Origin: Eimeria praecox
Taxonomy: Eukaryota
NCBI GenBank assembly: GCA_963920595.1
Contig: OY986948.1
Location: 2,852,001-2,916,000 of the forward strand
Direction: 5' to 3'
Length of the DNA: 64,000 nucleotides
The notes beneath the pieces are model-generated. The model saw only the letters and a program-made list of their open reading frames with translations. It did no database searches and was not told the origin of the DNA. How positions within the stretch are numbered: the first letter of the stretch is position 1; each line of letters begins with the position of its first letter. A program made the position numbers and the translations under genes. Shown here in pieces: positions 37,830 to 50,921 of this stretch.

Positions 37830-40800
37830 ATGCCAGCACCTTACTCCCTACCCTCTGCTCTTATGACTCCGGAGGACGAGGTCTTCAATTTCGATGTATC
37901 GGAGTCGGCTGCACAGCAACAGCAGCAGCAGCAACAGGAAATGCTTGAAAGCGCAGAGCGCGACTGTTTCATCTCGGAAGAGTTGGACGCTTCCCCTCTT
38001 CAGCACACGGGAGAACCTGCGGAAGAGGGCAACAGAGAAGGCTCAGGCTGGGCCTTTACTGATGAAGGCAGTGCCCAAGCAGACAGCAGTCTTGCAGCAG
38101 ACAGGGAGAACGAGGTCCAGCAGCAACAGCAGCAGCAGCAACAGCAGCAGCGTCAACCGCAGCAGCAGGAGCAGCAGCAGCGGTTTTTGTGGGATAAGTG
38201 TTCAAAGGAGGAAGCAGCAGCGTCGAAGGTTACTTCCACTGCGCGTTTTATATTGAAGATGCAGGCATTTCTGTCTTGCATTTTATCAGGTAGATCAAAG
38301 TCTCTTATAGCTGATGTAGATAAGTCTGTGAAAAAGGACGGAGAAGTGCCGCCCGAGAAGCAGCATGACGTTGTTATGGCCTTTCATCAGAGAGGACAAG
38401 CCTCGGAGCTGCTGCAATATCACTTCACTAGTAAGAAATACTAATCTGCTAGCACTGCATCCACCGAGGCTTCCGCGTTGTCTTGTTGCACTGTGCATAC
38501 ACCGCAAGGCACAAAGGCAAATGCCATATTGCTCTATTTGTTGAGCATGTGTTTTACTTCCCTGGTTGTACGTTTTGTGAGGACACCGATACCCCTCACT
38601 GTCTTGAGTTTGATCTGGTTAGTTGGTTCTGTGTCTATCATTTCATCATCTAGCGTTTTATTTGTCTGTCTCCTTTTGTATCGGCTATTTTTTTGTCTCG
38701 TTATATTATTATGTTTTTCGTGTTTGATCTTCGTTTAAACTGTCTACAACAAACCTCCATGGGCTCGTTCCCTGTTTCCTTCTGAGACCCCTGCAAGAGC
38801 TGCAATTTCGCGCTGTGTCTAGTTTATTATTGTATTTTCATTTGTATTTGTGTCTGCGTTTGTTGTTTTTGCTGCTTCCTCAGTTCTTCTCTTGGCAGTC
38901 TCTGTGGCCTTCGGCACACAGAATGCTCTGGCCCCCAACTTATCTCGAATAGCAGAAACTTTTCACTTCACCGACGCGGAAAGAGATATCCGCGTTGGAG
39001 GAGAACTCGCGTAAGCAAAACAGACATGAAACTGGGATGTGTATGACTCCCAATATTATATATGTATATATATATATATATATTTGTTTACTTATTTATT
39101 TAATCTTATTTATTTATGTGGGTGGTTGGCGGAAGTCAATTATTTCCATTAATTATATAAGCAGGCATATGCACAGGACGTATATTCGTTTTTGTATGAG
39201 TGCGTAGATTTTGCTTGATTTGTATGGTGTTATCTCCTCTCCAGGTTTTGCTGTTTATCGGTGCAAATGGTGTTCTCCAGCACTTTCTTCATTTTTGACT
39301 CTGTTTGTTTGTGATAGATGTGGTCTCTTGGTTGTTTGATGCGGCGTTTTCTTAGGTTCTTGTATTATACTCCGGGGTGTATTGGCTCCATCGCTGTGGG
39401 GCTCTGTACCGGCCTGCTGGACAAAAACAAACTTATTTCTGCTGTTCTTCTTCTAGCGGGACTGGCCTCCCTGTGCACCTTTTTCGTGAACGGTGAGGCT
39501 TTGTGTGTTAGCTTCTGCACGGAACAGAGGGAACGACGAGCAGCTGTTAGGATACGCCATTAGGCGCATAGGCCCTTACATTCTTTGCTTTGTTTTGGTT
39601 GCTCTTCTGCGCCGCCGCTTAGGGGAAATGCTTTCCTCCAAATATACTTGAGTGTCTCGACAGCAGATCTGTCCACTGTAGCATGCCAAAGGCTGTGGTG
39701 CCGTTCATTGTGCGCGTTTCTTGGGACTGCTTAAGTGTACCTGCCGCCGCATTCGGTGCTGCTGCTGCTTTTGTTTGGATGTGCAGCGTACTGGCAGCTG
39801 GCACTGCTGAGGCTGGCTGCGGGTTTGGCTAGCGGTGGAGTGCATCCGCTAGCTTACTCTTGGGTGGGGGACTGGTTTCGTCCTTCGCTACGTTCGTGTG
39901 CCTCTGCCCTGGTGCTGGGTGCTGCGGGGTTTGGCACGTTTTGCGGCCAGTGTTTAGCTGCTCTCTTGGGGGCCCTAGACTGGCGATGGGTGTTTCTTAT
40001 CTTGGCGGCTCCTCTCCTCTTCATGGCGCAGTTTTACTACATCGCCAACGGCAGACTTAACGAGCCCCTCTCGCATTTCTTCGGGGAGGAACCGGAGAGC
40101 AGAGGCCTGGCCTTCAGCAGCCTCAAAGCCATGGCTCGCTCCAAGACAAATCTCCTCATGCTTGTCCAGGTCAATACCACAAAAACAATTAGGCGCAGCC
40201 TTTTCAAGGGCTCAAGGGCTCCACAAGGCCTGAGGCCAACAACAAGCCTACCCTTACTAGCGGCAACACTTATGCGGGACAGCACGAATTCATTCACTCA
40301 CGCATTTATTCGTTCACTCGTTTGTCCATTTATTAATTCGTTCGTTTAGCCTTCAAGGTCCAGATAGACACGGCACACAGATAGTCAGCAAGTGAATCTG
40401 CAGGGGCCAGTGCAGCATTGCCATCATTACAGTGTGCAATAATCAATGAGTCTTTACGTACTTCTGGGTGTACGTGCTTGTGCTATATGCATAACATATG
40501 TACACGAGGTGTATGTAGTGTCGGTTGTGTATATTTATGCCTCCATAGGCATATTCATATATACGACGGCTAATACTAATGTAGCATTCGTAGCTTGCAT
40601 GAATATCGTGTTATGGCGCTTGTGCTCCTTTAAGCCTTTCCCAGTGTGAGAAGAAACAGGTGAGCATGGCATTGCGGCATCGTTGGTTTGCTGGCTGTGT
40701 TGGTTTTTTCAGGCATTTCCTGGGAATGTGCCTTGGGGCGTTTTAGTTGTGTACCTCCATGACTTCCTACGGATGGACGTCGGCCTTTCAGACAGCGTAG

Positions 40801-43368
40801 CCATTGCAGCCGTAAGCAGAAGCTCAATTGCTATTTTGCACACCAGAATAAGTTTGTACCAACTGGGGGCAATAAAGATAGCACAGCACTGAGAAAGTAG
40901 TACGCGTTTAGTGAAACAGAAGGACAGAATAAGCCCAGGGTGAGAGACGCTTAACAGGAGTGGTGGTGACGAGGGGTTGCAAGCTGACAGAATATGGGAG
41001 AGATATGAAGGGTCGTGGAACACCTATAATGAGTGCCTGCCAAGAAGGACCTAGAGCCCTCACCAGATGCTCCTCGAGCCTTCAACTCTCCCGCTCTTCA
41101 CCATGGCAGCCGGTTTGGCTGTTCTGTGTGGCTTAGAAATAGTCAGAGTGCAGCTGCAGGCGCATTTGTTTGGGGTGTTGCTGTGTGTGAGCAGATCATG
41201 GCAGTGGCGGCAGCCTCATTTTGCGGTATGATCGTTGGGGGCATGATTGGGGGCCAGCTGTACGCACACAGCGGCCGCCGACTCCTGCGTTTCTGCGCAT
41301 GCACTTGCGTTCTTAGGTAGGCATTATATTGCTTTCTGCTTACCCACCACTGCTTCAGCTTATTCCCCTATGTCGCGTGCCTGCATTCTTATTGTTCATT
41401 ACCGCATCAGCAGCACTTGTGAAAGATGCCTGTATGCTTGCTGTGCATTTCAGCATTAGCAACACTGTGCTTGCTGTTGCTGCATATCTCCCCCTTTCCC
41501 TATTATTGCTGTTCATCTTATTGCAGCTAGTACAACTACTAGATATACTATCCCTGGCGGGGCAATCTGCGCTCGTTGGTTCCCTTATTTGCGTGCTCAT
41601 CCCTTCCGCCAAGTTGCATGCATTTGTTTTTTTTCCGTTAGTTGACTGCAGACCGTTGTTGTTCTTTCATTTCTGTTTTGATGTTTTTTTGTAGGGTGTA
41701 GTTGTTGTGTGGTAGTGCCGTTTTCTTATTTGTTGCATGTTTGTCTGCGGTGAATACATTCATTTTTCCCCTTCAGTTTATTAATTGGTTTGTTTGCCGA
41801 TTTACCTGCTTGCTTGTTTTAACAGATGCATCCCCTGTGTCATGATATTCGCATTTCCTTCGGTTGTGGGAAAGGCGCCTGAGGGCCTTGCGCTGCTGGG
41901 GCTGTTGGCGTTGCTGTTGGGAGCGGCTTTTGGCTCGACGCTACCCACAGCTAATATCGGGGCTGTCTTACTTAACGTCAATACAGCGGAGGTGCTTACT
42001 GCTTGTTGCCTTGCCCTCTTGTGCTTCTTTCTCTCTCTCCTGTTGTTGTTGCGTCTGTTCGTTTTGCCCTTTTGATTGCTAATGGCATGTGGTAGTTTTG
42101 TTATTCATTTTTCTCGCATTGATTAGGTGTTTGTGTTTGTTAACTTTTCTGTCTTGGTGTGGCTCGCTTTACACTTGCTATTTTTTTCACTGTAGGTGTC
42201 CTTATCTCCCTTGATTTTATGGTTTGTGCGTGCTTGTCTCCTCTGTGCTTGAGTTGCCCTTCCCTGTCCATGCATTCATGTGTGTGCTTGCCAAGCTGTT
42301 TCTGTTCGTTAACCCTTGCATCTGTCTCCCTCACTGCCCATCTTAACTTCACATTTTCTCCTTCTGGCGCGGCTGTTCGTTGTCGCCACGACCATATTCT
42401 CTTTCTCTGCTTTGTTTGAATTACGATGCGCCATGCATTGCAAAACTACTTGACGCGAGAGAGGGGCATGGAGTGTACAGACGCCTGCATATTGCCTCCC
42501 TTTGATATAGCACTTTTGTACCTGGCCTTTCGCTGCGAGTGCATGTGCAGGTGAGAGGAACCATCTGTGCAATTTATACGGTTTTGGACGACATATCGAA
42601 GGCGCTGGGGACAGTTGTGGCGTCTGTCCTAGCGGCTTTAGTGGGGTCGAGGGCCGTGGCCTTCCAGCTTTCCATGAGGTACGCCCAATAAATAAACCCT
42701 TCACCGGTCCGTTACGCTGCTGTGCATAGCTGGTTCGATGCGGCAGTATATCGGTGTATGGGCATGCATGCAATATGCACGTGGGCATACGCGCTCTGTT
42801 GCACACGTATCTGGTATATGGCATGCTATGGTTGTGTAAAGCTAAATCGTGCACACTTGTTTACCCCTCTCTAGCGTTGACAACCTCTTGTGCTCCGTTC
42901 GAATGCTCTGTGCTGCCTTTCCTTTGTCATGTTTACCTGTTGTTCAGCTTATGGCTGCTGAGCGCTGTGGCCCTCTTTGCTGCATCCAACACATACGCAG
43001 CAGACGAGGCTCGCGCAGCAGAAGCGGAGAGCCGGAGAGCGGGTTCAGGTTTTCGTTGTCTAGCAGACGAAGGGACCCACGACCGGATGCCTTTGATCTT
43101 GAGGCAACAGCAGCAGCAGGCACTGCAACAGAGGAACCCAGGCGTGGGGGAGTGTAGCTGCTGCTGCAGCCCTCGCGAGACCCTCAAACACAGCAGCAGC
43201 ATCAACAGCTGCAGCACCAGCTGCAGCATCAACAACACCTGCTACGAACAGCCGGGCAGCGGTCTGCGCCACGCTAACCACAATTTCTGTGCTTCAGAGA
43301 CGACCAACAATCTGTGGGAACAGATCGAGGAGGACGGAGGATATTCAAGACATCTGAGTAGGCTGTAG
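37830..43368 (+). CDS. Major facilitator superfamily transporter (Spinster-like)
   Basis: About 9 exons giving TQNALAPNLSRIAETF, GLCTGLLDKNKLIS, LLRLAAGLASGGVHPLAYSWVGDWFRPSLRS, LDWRWVFLILAAP, AFPGNVPWG and GGMIGGQLY. Multiple TM helices, with an acidic/poly-Q N-terminus. Confidence 0.85.
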
Positions 43369-45393
43369 TTCGGTTGAACTAAAGAGAAGCAGGAAGTACG
43401 AACCAGCACTAATGGTTAGGTAACGGCAGCGCTCAAGGTGACAACTCTGCAAACAAGAGCTCCCCTGGAAATTCCTTACCCTATAAACTGCAACCACGTA
43501 TATAGCCTGCTCTGCCGCACCTGCCGCTATGCAGTACCTGCTGCTGTACAGCTTGCTGTCCAGCGCGGGTTGCTGTGCAGCGCCTGCTGAAGTGTTGCAT
43601 CTTCTGCTGTTCAGCACCTGCCAATGTGCACCACCAGCTTCAGCTGCGGTGGAGCAGCCGCTTCCGTGTGTTGCAAGCTTGGACGCCAATAAAATAGCAC
43701 TTTGCAAATCACTAGCGCCTCGCCCTTTCGGCTGCGCCTTGGAGGTTTATTTCGCCGCCAAGATTTGCAGATATCTCGAAAGGATTTAGGGTTTAGGGTT
43801 TTATGGTTCGGGCTCTCGAACGTCCCATCATTGGTGGCTGTTTTCAGCTGAGCTGTGTGTTAGCGGGGCCACACACTGCTCACCTGTCTCACAGTGGGGC
43901 CGTCTACAGCTCAGCTGCGGCTCTGGTTCTCCCTACTGCTCAAATGCACCTCTTTTGGAGCCCCTAACAACAGCACATGTGCTTTCCTACTTGCTGGGTC
44001 GCCTGCCGCTTTGCAAAGCTCAGGAGGCTGCAAGCGCTGCAAACTTTGCACAGCTGCAGTTGGTTACTGTTGTGATGTGCTGTTTGCATGCGGGAGTTAC
44101 TGGTGTCTCTCCTCTACTTTTCCAGCTGTATTTCCAGCGGAGGAACGGAGGAGAGGAGTTAAGTAGTTTATATCAATGCAGCTTGAACATATTTGTATGC
44201 AATCTACGTATGTATTTTTTTTCCAACGGCACTAATGAATAGATAAAATATGTATGTACATATCTATTCTAATAAATAGATAAAATATGTATGTACATAT
44301 CTATTTCATACGAGGTAAGACGAGTTTGCCAGGTTCATTCTGCGAGCTTGCTCTGTTACTACAAGCAGTTACAGCTAGAGAGTGTTGGACAACTCCTGTG
44401 CCAGATAGCTGAGCAGTTGCAGCTGCTCCACAGGGGGAGGCTGCATGCCGTTGCGCAGGGTCGGAGTTAGCGGACTACAGATAGAAGGAATAAAACAACA
44501 GTGGACAGAAACAGAAACAACAAAGATAAACGGAGTAGAGCACAAATAAACAAAGGCACGGAGAAGGCGAGATGCTAAGGATCTGACAGTGCATTAAACT
44601 GTTGCCCTGGGAATGCCGTTATGGTTTCAGTGTGCGTATTTGGCGATCTTATTTTATTTCGGCTAATCATAGGGATTATTCTTCAGAGGGACTGCAGCAC
44701 TCGAGAGGCGATGGACGTGTGGCTAGCGGATGCAAAAGGAGCGAGGAAACATTACACACTGGCTATGGCTTTAATTGGGATGTAAGAGAAATGTGTGGAA
44801 GCATTACGCATTTATTTCAATAATTTTTATGAATAAAAATGGCGTATTTTGCTGCATCTCTATAGCATTTGATGAAAAGAAGAGGGAACCGGCTGCTGTT
44901 CTCAGCTACGGCGCCGCCGGTTGCACGATGATTCGACAGCCCCCCGCTAACAGTTAAATAGGCAGGCCGTGAAAGAAAGACATTTTCCTTTCAATAATTT
45001 CTGGAAAAATCAAAGAATACATCGTGTACTTTTCATGGATTTAGCGCTGTCTGGGCAGCCAGTCGCATGCGTTCAATCCGTTTTCACCGCAGCTGCCATG
45101 AGGTTCTCCCTGCACAACAACTGGCATGATCGGTTTTAAAAGTGCAAATTTTCGTCATTTGGGGCTTGCTTTGTCTCAAGGTTCCTTTATACTTGCTTTC
45201 CTAAAGAAGGTTTTAGAAAAAAGCATGCAATTACACCCGGCGCTTCCGCCAGGCAGTTATGCAGCTGGAACCAGATATGCAGCAGCAGTAAGACTAACAG
45301 CAGCAACGCCATTCCTCGTCTTGTTCTCCTAAGGAGGCTCTCATTGGAGGGCGTCTGCTTGCCTCGGCTCCTCGGCTCCTGCTGACGAGACCA

Positions 45394-47013
45394 ATGCAGC
45401 GCGCCAGGCAACAGCAGCACATTGGGGAGGAAGAAATATTGCAGCAGCAAGAGCAGCAGCAGCAAGAGCAGCCCAGGCGGCGGAAAGCATCCACTGCGAA
45501 TTCAGGGGCCTGCAACGGTATATCAACGAAATCCACATCAGATGGGGACAGCTCTAAAGATGCACTTCATCCAATGTCGGCCGCCACTTCGGGGCGGTTG
45601 CCGGATGACTACGCCAATTCAGTTTACTGCAAATATGCGGAGGAGTTTCCTGAAAAGTTTCGGGTTTCCATCGACTACAGCATTCAGGAGAAACCGCAGC
45701 AGGTGTTGTCGAGTGCCGTGGTGTTAGCATTGGTTGTGATCTTCGCATGCGGGCCGAGCTGGCTTTGGAAATCTGACGAAGACTACCGTTTTTTCCAAGT
45801 TCAGTTCCAGGATTTGAGTGAAGACAGGCAGCAAGCGCTCAGGTTCCGCGCTGTTCAGGTTATAGGCTGTCTGGCGGTGGCCATCATGGGCTACTGTTTT
45901 CTAGAAAGCAGAGATGGTTTATTGGTTCGGCCGCATCCCGGTTTCTGGAGGGTGATTCACGGATTGTGCCTGACGTACTTTCTGTGTTTGGTAGCACTGT
46001 TGTCTGTACACCGCGACGACGGGCGGTTTCTCGTTCGCATGCTGTTGCCTGGTTTCGGGTCAAGGAAGGAGAATGTGTTCACAGGAACGCTAGTGCTGGA
46101 TTGTTCAGTGAACATGAACACGTTGATGAGGCAGCTTACATCCGTTTGGTTTATTAGCCACGCGGTTGGATGGTTTCTGAAGATGTGCATATTTCGCAGC
46201 TGGATGTTCAATTTGACGTTTTCAATACTTTTTGAATTTTGTGAAATGTCGCTGCAGTGGCTCATCCCGGAGTTTCAGGAGTGCTGGTGGGACAGTATAT
46301 TCATCGATGCCATCTTTTCCAACCTCATGGGGATGGTGGTTGGTTGCGCTGTAATGCGTTGGTGCGGAAAACGCCACTTTGACTGGTTGGGCGCTTATCC
46401 GCGTTACCAGAAGATCATGTTGAAGTTTACCCCTTTCTCTAGTTGTGAATATGAATGGTCTTTCTTCCGTACCCCTCGCCACTTGTTGATGACGAGTCTG
46501 CTTTTATTTCTTTCCCTTCTTGCAGAAGTCAGCGTTTTTCTCCTCATGACCGTCTTAGACATTCCGGCTGTCCACTGGATCAACCCCACGCGTCTGGGCC
46601 TCCTGGGGTTGCTGGCTTTCCCTGCAGTGGCGGAGTTCTATGCGCAACTGCAATTTAGATACGATCGGATGGGGGGAAATGTGTTTTTATTTGTCATGAT
46701 TTTAACGGTAGAGCTACTGGTAAGCATCAAATACGGCACCGACAGATTCTTCTCCTCTGCTCCTGAGCTGGACGTCGTCATCCCCTGGATCTTGACAGGC
46801 GCGCTTTTCGGGGTCTGGTGCTGCTGCTATTTCGCGCATGCTACCCAAGAAAGACGCACCAAAGCGGAAACAAATACAGAATTAGGAACCCGCAAACACC
46901 ATCCTGCTAGCTTTAGGGATACAGCTGCCTCGGTGTTGCTCAAGCTGCCGCCTCAGGCTTGTTTTCTTCCCTTGCTTTACCTTGCGAAACACTACTACTA
47001 CGGCGGATCATAA
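45394..47013 (+). CDS. PTS: Base-exchange phospholipid synthase, most likely phosphatidylthreonine synthase (PTS) rather than PSS; single exon
   Basis: 539-aa ORF with RPHPGFWR and ECWWD. The catalytic region reads LQWLIPEFQECWWDSIFIDAIFSN, i.e. W/E/S where canonical PSS enzymes have H/N/C (HLLPNF..CN). As I recall, that is the substitution pattern described for coccidian PTS. Confidence 0.8.
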   Translation: MQRARQQQHIGEEEILQQQEQQQQEQPRRRKASTANSGACNGISTKSTSDGDSSKDALHPMSAATSGRLPDDYANSVYCKYAEEFPEKFRVSIDYSIQEKPQQVLSSAVVLALVVIFACGPSWLWKSDEDYRFFQVQFQDLSEDRQQALRFRAVQVIGCLAVAIMGYCFLESRDGLLVRPHPGFWRVIHGLCLTYFLCLVALLSVHRDDGRFLVRMLLPGFGSRKENVFTGTLVLDCSVNMNTLMRQLTSVWFISHAVGWFLKMCIFRSWMFNLTFSILFEFCEMSLQWLIPEFQECWWDSIFIDAIFSNLMGMVVGCAVMRWCGKRHFDWLGAYPRYQKIMLKFTPFSSCEYEWSFFRTPRHLLMTSLLLFLSLLAEVSVFLLMTVLDIPAVHWINPTRLGLLGLLAFPAVAEFYAQLQFRYDRMGGNVFLFVMILTVELLVSIKYGTDRFFSSAPELDVVIPWILTGALFGVWCCCYFAHATQERRTKAETNTELGTRKHHPASFRDTAASVLLKLPPQACFLPLLYLAKHYYYGGS

Positions 47014-47839
47014 GTGAGAAAGCAAACAATGTGGAAATGATGCAAGTCCGTTGCATTGGCCCGATGCGAAGACTTGCACCTCAAGCGTACCCTTGAATAC
47101 GAACACATGTTTTGTGTTTTGTTCAGCTGCAAGCAGCAGGGCAGAGCATCCTGAAACTGCTTGCCACGAAATACTCACTCACCGCTTATTGCCTCTTATG
47201 TATTTTATATATACTATATATAATTTGTGCATGCCTGTAATCTTGCCTACTTTTACATATCTGCATGTACATAATACATGGCATAAATGTACAGCAGCGC
47301 TTTTGTGCGCCTAGGGACGCACTGAGCCTCGCGCTGGGATTTTTAGCTGCATTTTGCCTGTGCGGCTGGGAAGGGAAAACACGACTGTAATTGCAAAGGA
47401 GAAAGGGGGAGATGGATGCAAGACTGGCGGATACCTCGCAACGCTATTATGTTATTGTGACAATTTCAGACAGACGAGCGGACTATGCATTTGCTCTTAG
47501 TGGTACTTATAGGTTAGGCTAGTGGCTAATAGCTCAACAAGAAAACGGTTAGTAGCCATATAAGGCAAGAGCTGCTGAACGCTGTCCTGTATGGATTAAG
47601 ACGAAGTTGAAGCAACGCAAGAACAACAAAGTGGGCGAAGTATTTTTCTTGGGCTTGGCACTTCAACAGTTCTTAAGACACTTATGGTAGGACGCTTGCT
47701 TGTTTATTCATTCACCTTGAAAGCGCTGGGGCAGCTTCCAGGGAAACAAAGTGCACGCCATTACTAAGCCTCTATTATCAATTTATAGTCCTAAGCTGGA
47801 GGGTGAGTTATGGCGTGGCAGCTATCTCTGAGAGTCAAT

Positions 47840-48830
47840 AGCTTCATATTTCATGTTTGACGGTGTTTTTTTCCAGTGCTTTGCAACTGCCAATCGCACA
47901 AAAGAACGCCTTCACTTACTGCACAGCGCAGCCTGACAGGTTCACTTGGGAGGCCCCTGTTCATGTTGTCTTTTGCAACGAGGCTTGCAAAAATAATTTG
48001 TTCCAAAAGTTCGTACGAACAAGCCTATTCCCAAGCATGAGCCCAACTTACGGGATGCGCTGATAGGCAGAGTAGCGGTTGCGCAGCAAAATGTACACGT
48101 AGTTTGTGTGCTAAGGGCTCTCATGAGGGCTTGCCAGCCGCTTAGAATTCAAACCAGAGGCTCAATAATTTCGGAAAACAGGAATCTATACATTATTTTC
48201 TTCTGTTTGCTCGGAGCAAGGCCGGATCATGACTCTGCTGCAACCACCGAACTTCACCCTAGCAACACACACTAAACGGCTACATCGATTATCCATAAAC
48301 TAGCAGCCCATCAGGTTGCAGCACAGTACAGTAGCCAGCACGTTGTCGCTTGCTGCACCTCCCCAAGAGAGCACACAATTTGCTATTCCGTGTGATACTG
48401 GCCAAAGCAGATGATAAAACCTAGAGTAAGCCGTAGAGATTTGCCGACATTCTGACCCCAATGAAGTGGGGATAACCCAATCGCTACTATTGCATATTCA
48501 TGATAACAGACGTTCTACAAATCTAGAGGCGGTATTACTTATACTGGCCTGCTCAGTTTGCTGCGCACGAACGCCAATGAAATCCAGAAGCTAGACTGCC
48601 AGCGGAGCACGGCATAAATATGTCTCTCCTGTGTTGGTGCCGCTTCAAATATTTTTAAGTGACGTAGGAAGCGATCTACCTTAAAATGACATAGTACTCA
48701 GGCATTATGTTGTCTTCGACCGTTAATTCACCGCAAACGCTCCCCAGGGTCACTTTTGCACACTGGTAGTTTGAACAAAACTGAAACAGCAGCTTAACAC
48801 TGAAACTAATTCTTTAGCTGGCTCATATTC
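47840..48830 (+). mobile_element. Highly decayed Ty3/gypsy pol relic (RT, connection, integrase core)
   Basis: Collinear fragments: LQLPIAQKN..PDRF..VFCN..FQKFV (RT); VASTLSLAAPPQESTQFAIPCDTG (connection/RNase H start); FADILTPM..NRYYCIFMITDV and VVFDR*FTAN..TKLK..TETNSLA (integrase core). Confidence 0.55.
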
Positions 48831-49514
48831 AATGCACAAAAATATATCTGGGATGAAATGATAACCTGTTGAAGATTAGGAAGTGCACAGTAGGGTCACC
48901 ACCCCCTAAAAAGAATTGAGCGCAACGGCTACATAAATTCAGCAGCATTATAGTGATTTGAGTTTTAAATTCCAACAACAGATATAAAACTCTATACGTG
49001 GTTTTAATGCTGCTTCGCATCATGTTCTGAGCTCGTTCTGGAGCGGGGCCACCGGTCGCCAGGCTACGGAGAGACCGAGGGCCCGACGCGCCCGTAGCTG
49101 TGGAGCTGTCACTGTCAACCAACTTGGCATTCGCTAGTCAGATAAGTCGATTGCATGTGAATACATACTCCAGAAATGGGCAGTTGCTACCGAGCAAGAG
49201 CCAGTGGTTACGAGATCAGACTTCGGCAGTGTGCAGGCGTGGGTTTTAATTTGGATGGTCACTTTGCAAAGGCGGCATTTATCTGCACAAGACAACAAAT
49301 TGTTCCTCCATCGCAAGGCTGTTGTTTAGTTGCAGTCATTTTGTCTTCCTCCAAGACCACTGGACGTTACTGAAGGAGGGCGTCAGGACCCCATCTTCAT
49401 CTCATCTACCCCTACGACGCTTGGACTGCAAGTCAGCTTGTTTTTCCTTGAAGAACTGCTTCACGCATTTGCTTCACATTTTTCTTTGTTCATCGGGCTG
49501 CAGAAGCGTCTATT

Positions 49515-50921
49515 ATGGGGAGGCAGCCATCCTGGGGGCCCCCAGCTCTCCCACTTGGCATTCAAGGGGAAGAGGCCCACATTTGGAAAACGCTGATTCT
49601 GGTGGTGGCTTTCTGTGAGATAGCCTTGGGAGTCTTAGTCAATGCATTTTCCGCAGACAATCCGTGAGATGCTCATCACAAGGTCCATTTGAAGCAATAT
49701 CCAATGTAGCGCTACGCAACTAGGAGCAACAGAGGCAAGTACTGTCATCTTCCTGTAAACTTTTCCCTTTCACTGTCCTATGATAAATTTCTCAGACTTC
49801 CATGGGGAAAATTCCGTAGTCGCGCTAAACCAAACTGGGGGCCTCCGGTGCCGACTTGGGCTGCGTGGATGCTGCAAGAGTTGCCGTCTGCTCTCCTTCC
49901 CACTGCTCTGCTGCTGTGGTCCCAGCTCTGTCATGGTGCGTTCTTTGTTTAGATAAATGCCAAACCCCATATCAAGTGAGCACGCGGCTTGTTGCATACA
50001 GTGAAAAGCGAACAGTGAAACGGGACAGCCGACAAATCCAGTGCAGAGGGAATCAAAATTAGCTGTTTCGCATCACTGCAAAAGCCGTTGCGAAGTTTTT
50101 GATATGATTTTCTTGCAGGGAAACCATTTAATATGGTTATTGTCATGGCCTTCACCCTGCACTATGTGTACAGGGCCTTCATCTACTCGCTGCGACACTA
50201 CCGTTTACCCGAGTCTCGGCGACGAGAAACAGTGCCTTTACTGCTGCCTCTGTCTGCGTTTATGTTTTGTTTCGCCAATGGGCTAGCTCAGAGTCTCAGT
50301 GGCTGTTATTTCAACTACTCAAGGGAAACGAGAGGCCTGCGGTATTTTTTTCCAAACTGGTCACCCTGGGAGGACGGCGAACTCGAAGCGCTGCACAAAA
50401 CAAGTCTATGGGACATCCTAGCGCTGTTACGGTTTGTTCTTGGGTTGGTTATTTTCATATACGGCATGGCCGTGAACATATCCGCCGACGAACACCTGCT
50501 GCAGTTGAAGACAGTAAGGGCCCATGACGCTGCTGTGCCTCAAGTGTCCTCCTCCGTCCCTCCCCCAAATCATGAAGGCGTTGTAACCCTCAGGAGGTCA
50601 TCGCGTATTGCGGCAAAAAAAGATGGAGATAATTTCGTAACGTTCAAATACAGCGCGCATCCCCACGGCGCTGGTCTAACTGCATACAAGATTCCTCGTT
50701 CGGGATGGTTTCAGCAGGTTTCCTGTGCCAACTATTGGGGGGAAATATGCGAATGGTTCGGCTACGCCATAATGTGCAACTCAGTTGTTGCCTTCTCATT
50801 CGCTATTTTCACACTCCTGTTCCTTGGCCGCCGTGGAGTGCAGACTCACAAATGGTACAAGGCTCGTTTTGGGGGAAACTACCCGGAGAACCGCAGAGCA
50901 GTTATTCCGTACATACTGTAA
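49515..50921 (+). CDS. 3-oxo-5-alpha-steroid 4-dehydrogenase family protein (SRD5A1/DET2-like)
   Basis: Three exons (49515-49663, about 49796-49935, about 50119-50921) giving LPWGKF..WAAWMLQELPS, HYVYRAFIYS, FCFANG, GMAVNISADEHLLQLK, YKIPRSGWFQQVSCANYWGEICEWFGYA and THKWYKARFGGNYPENRRAVIPYIL. Confidence 0.92.
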
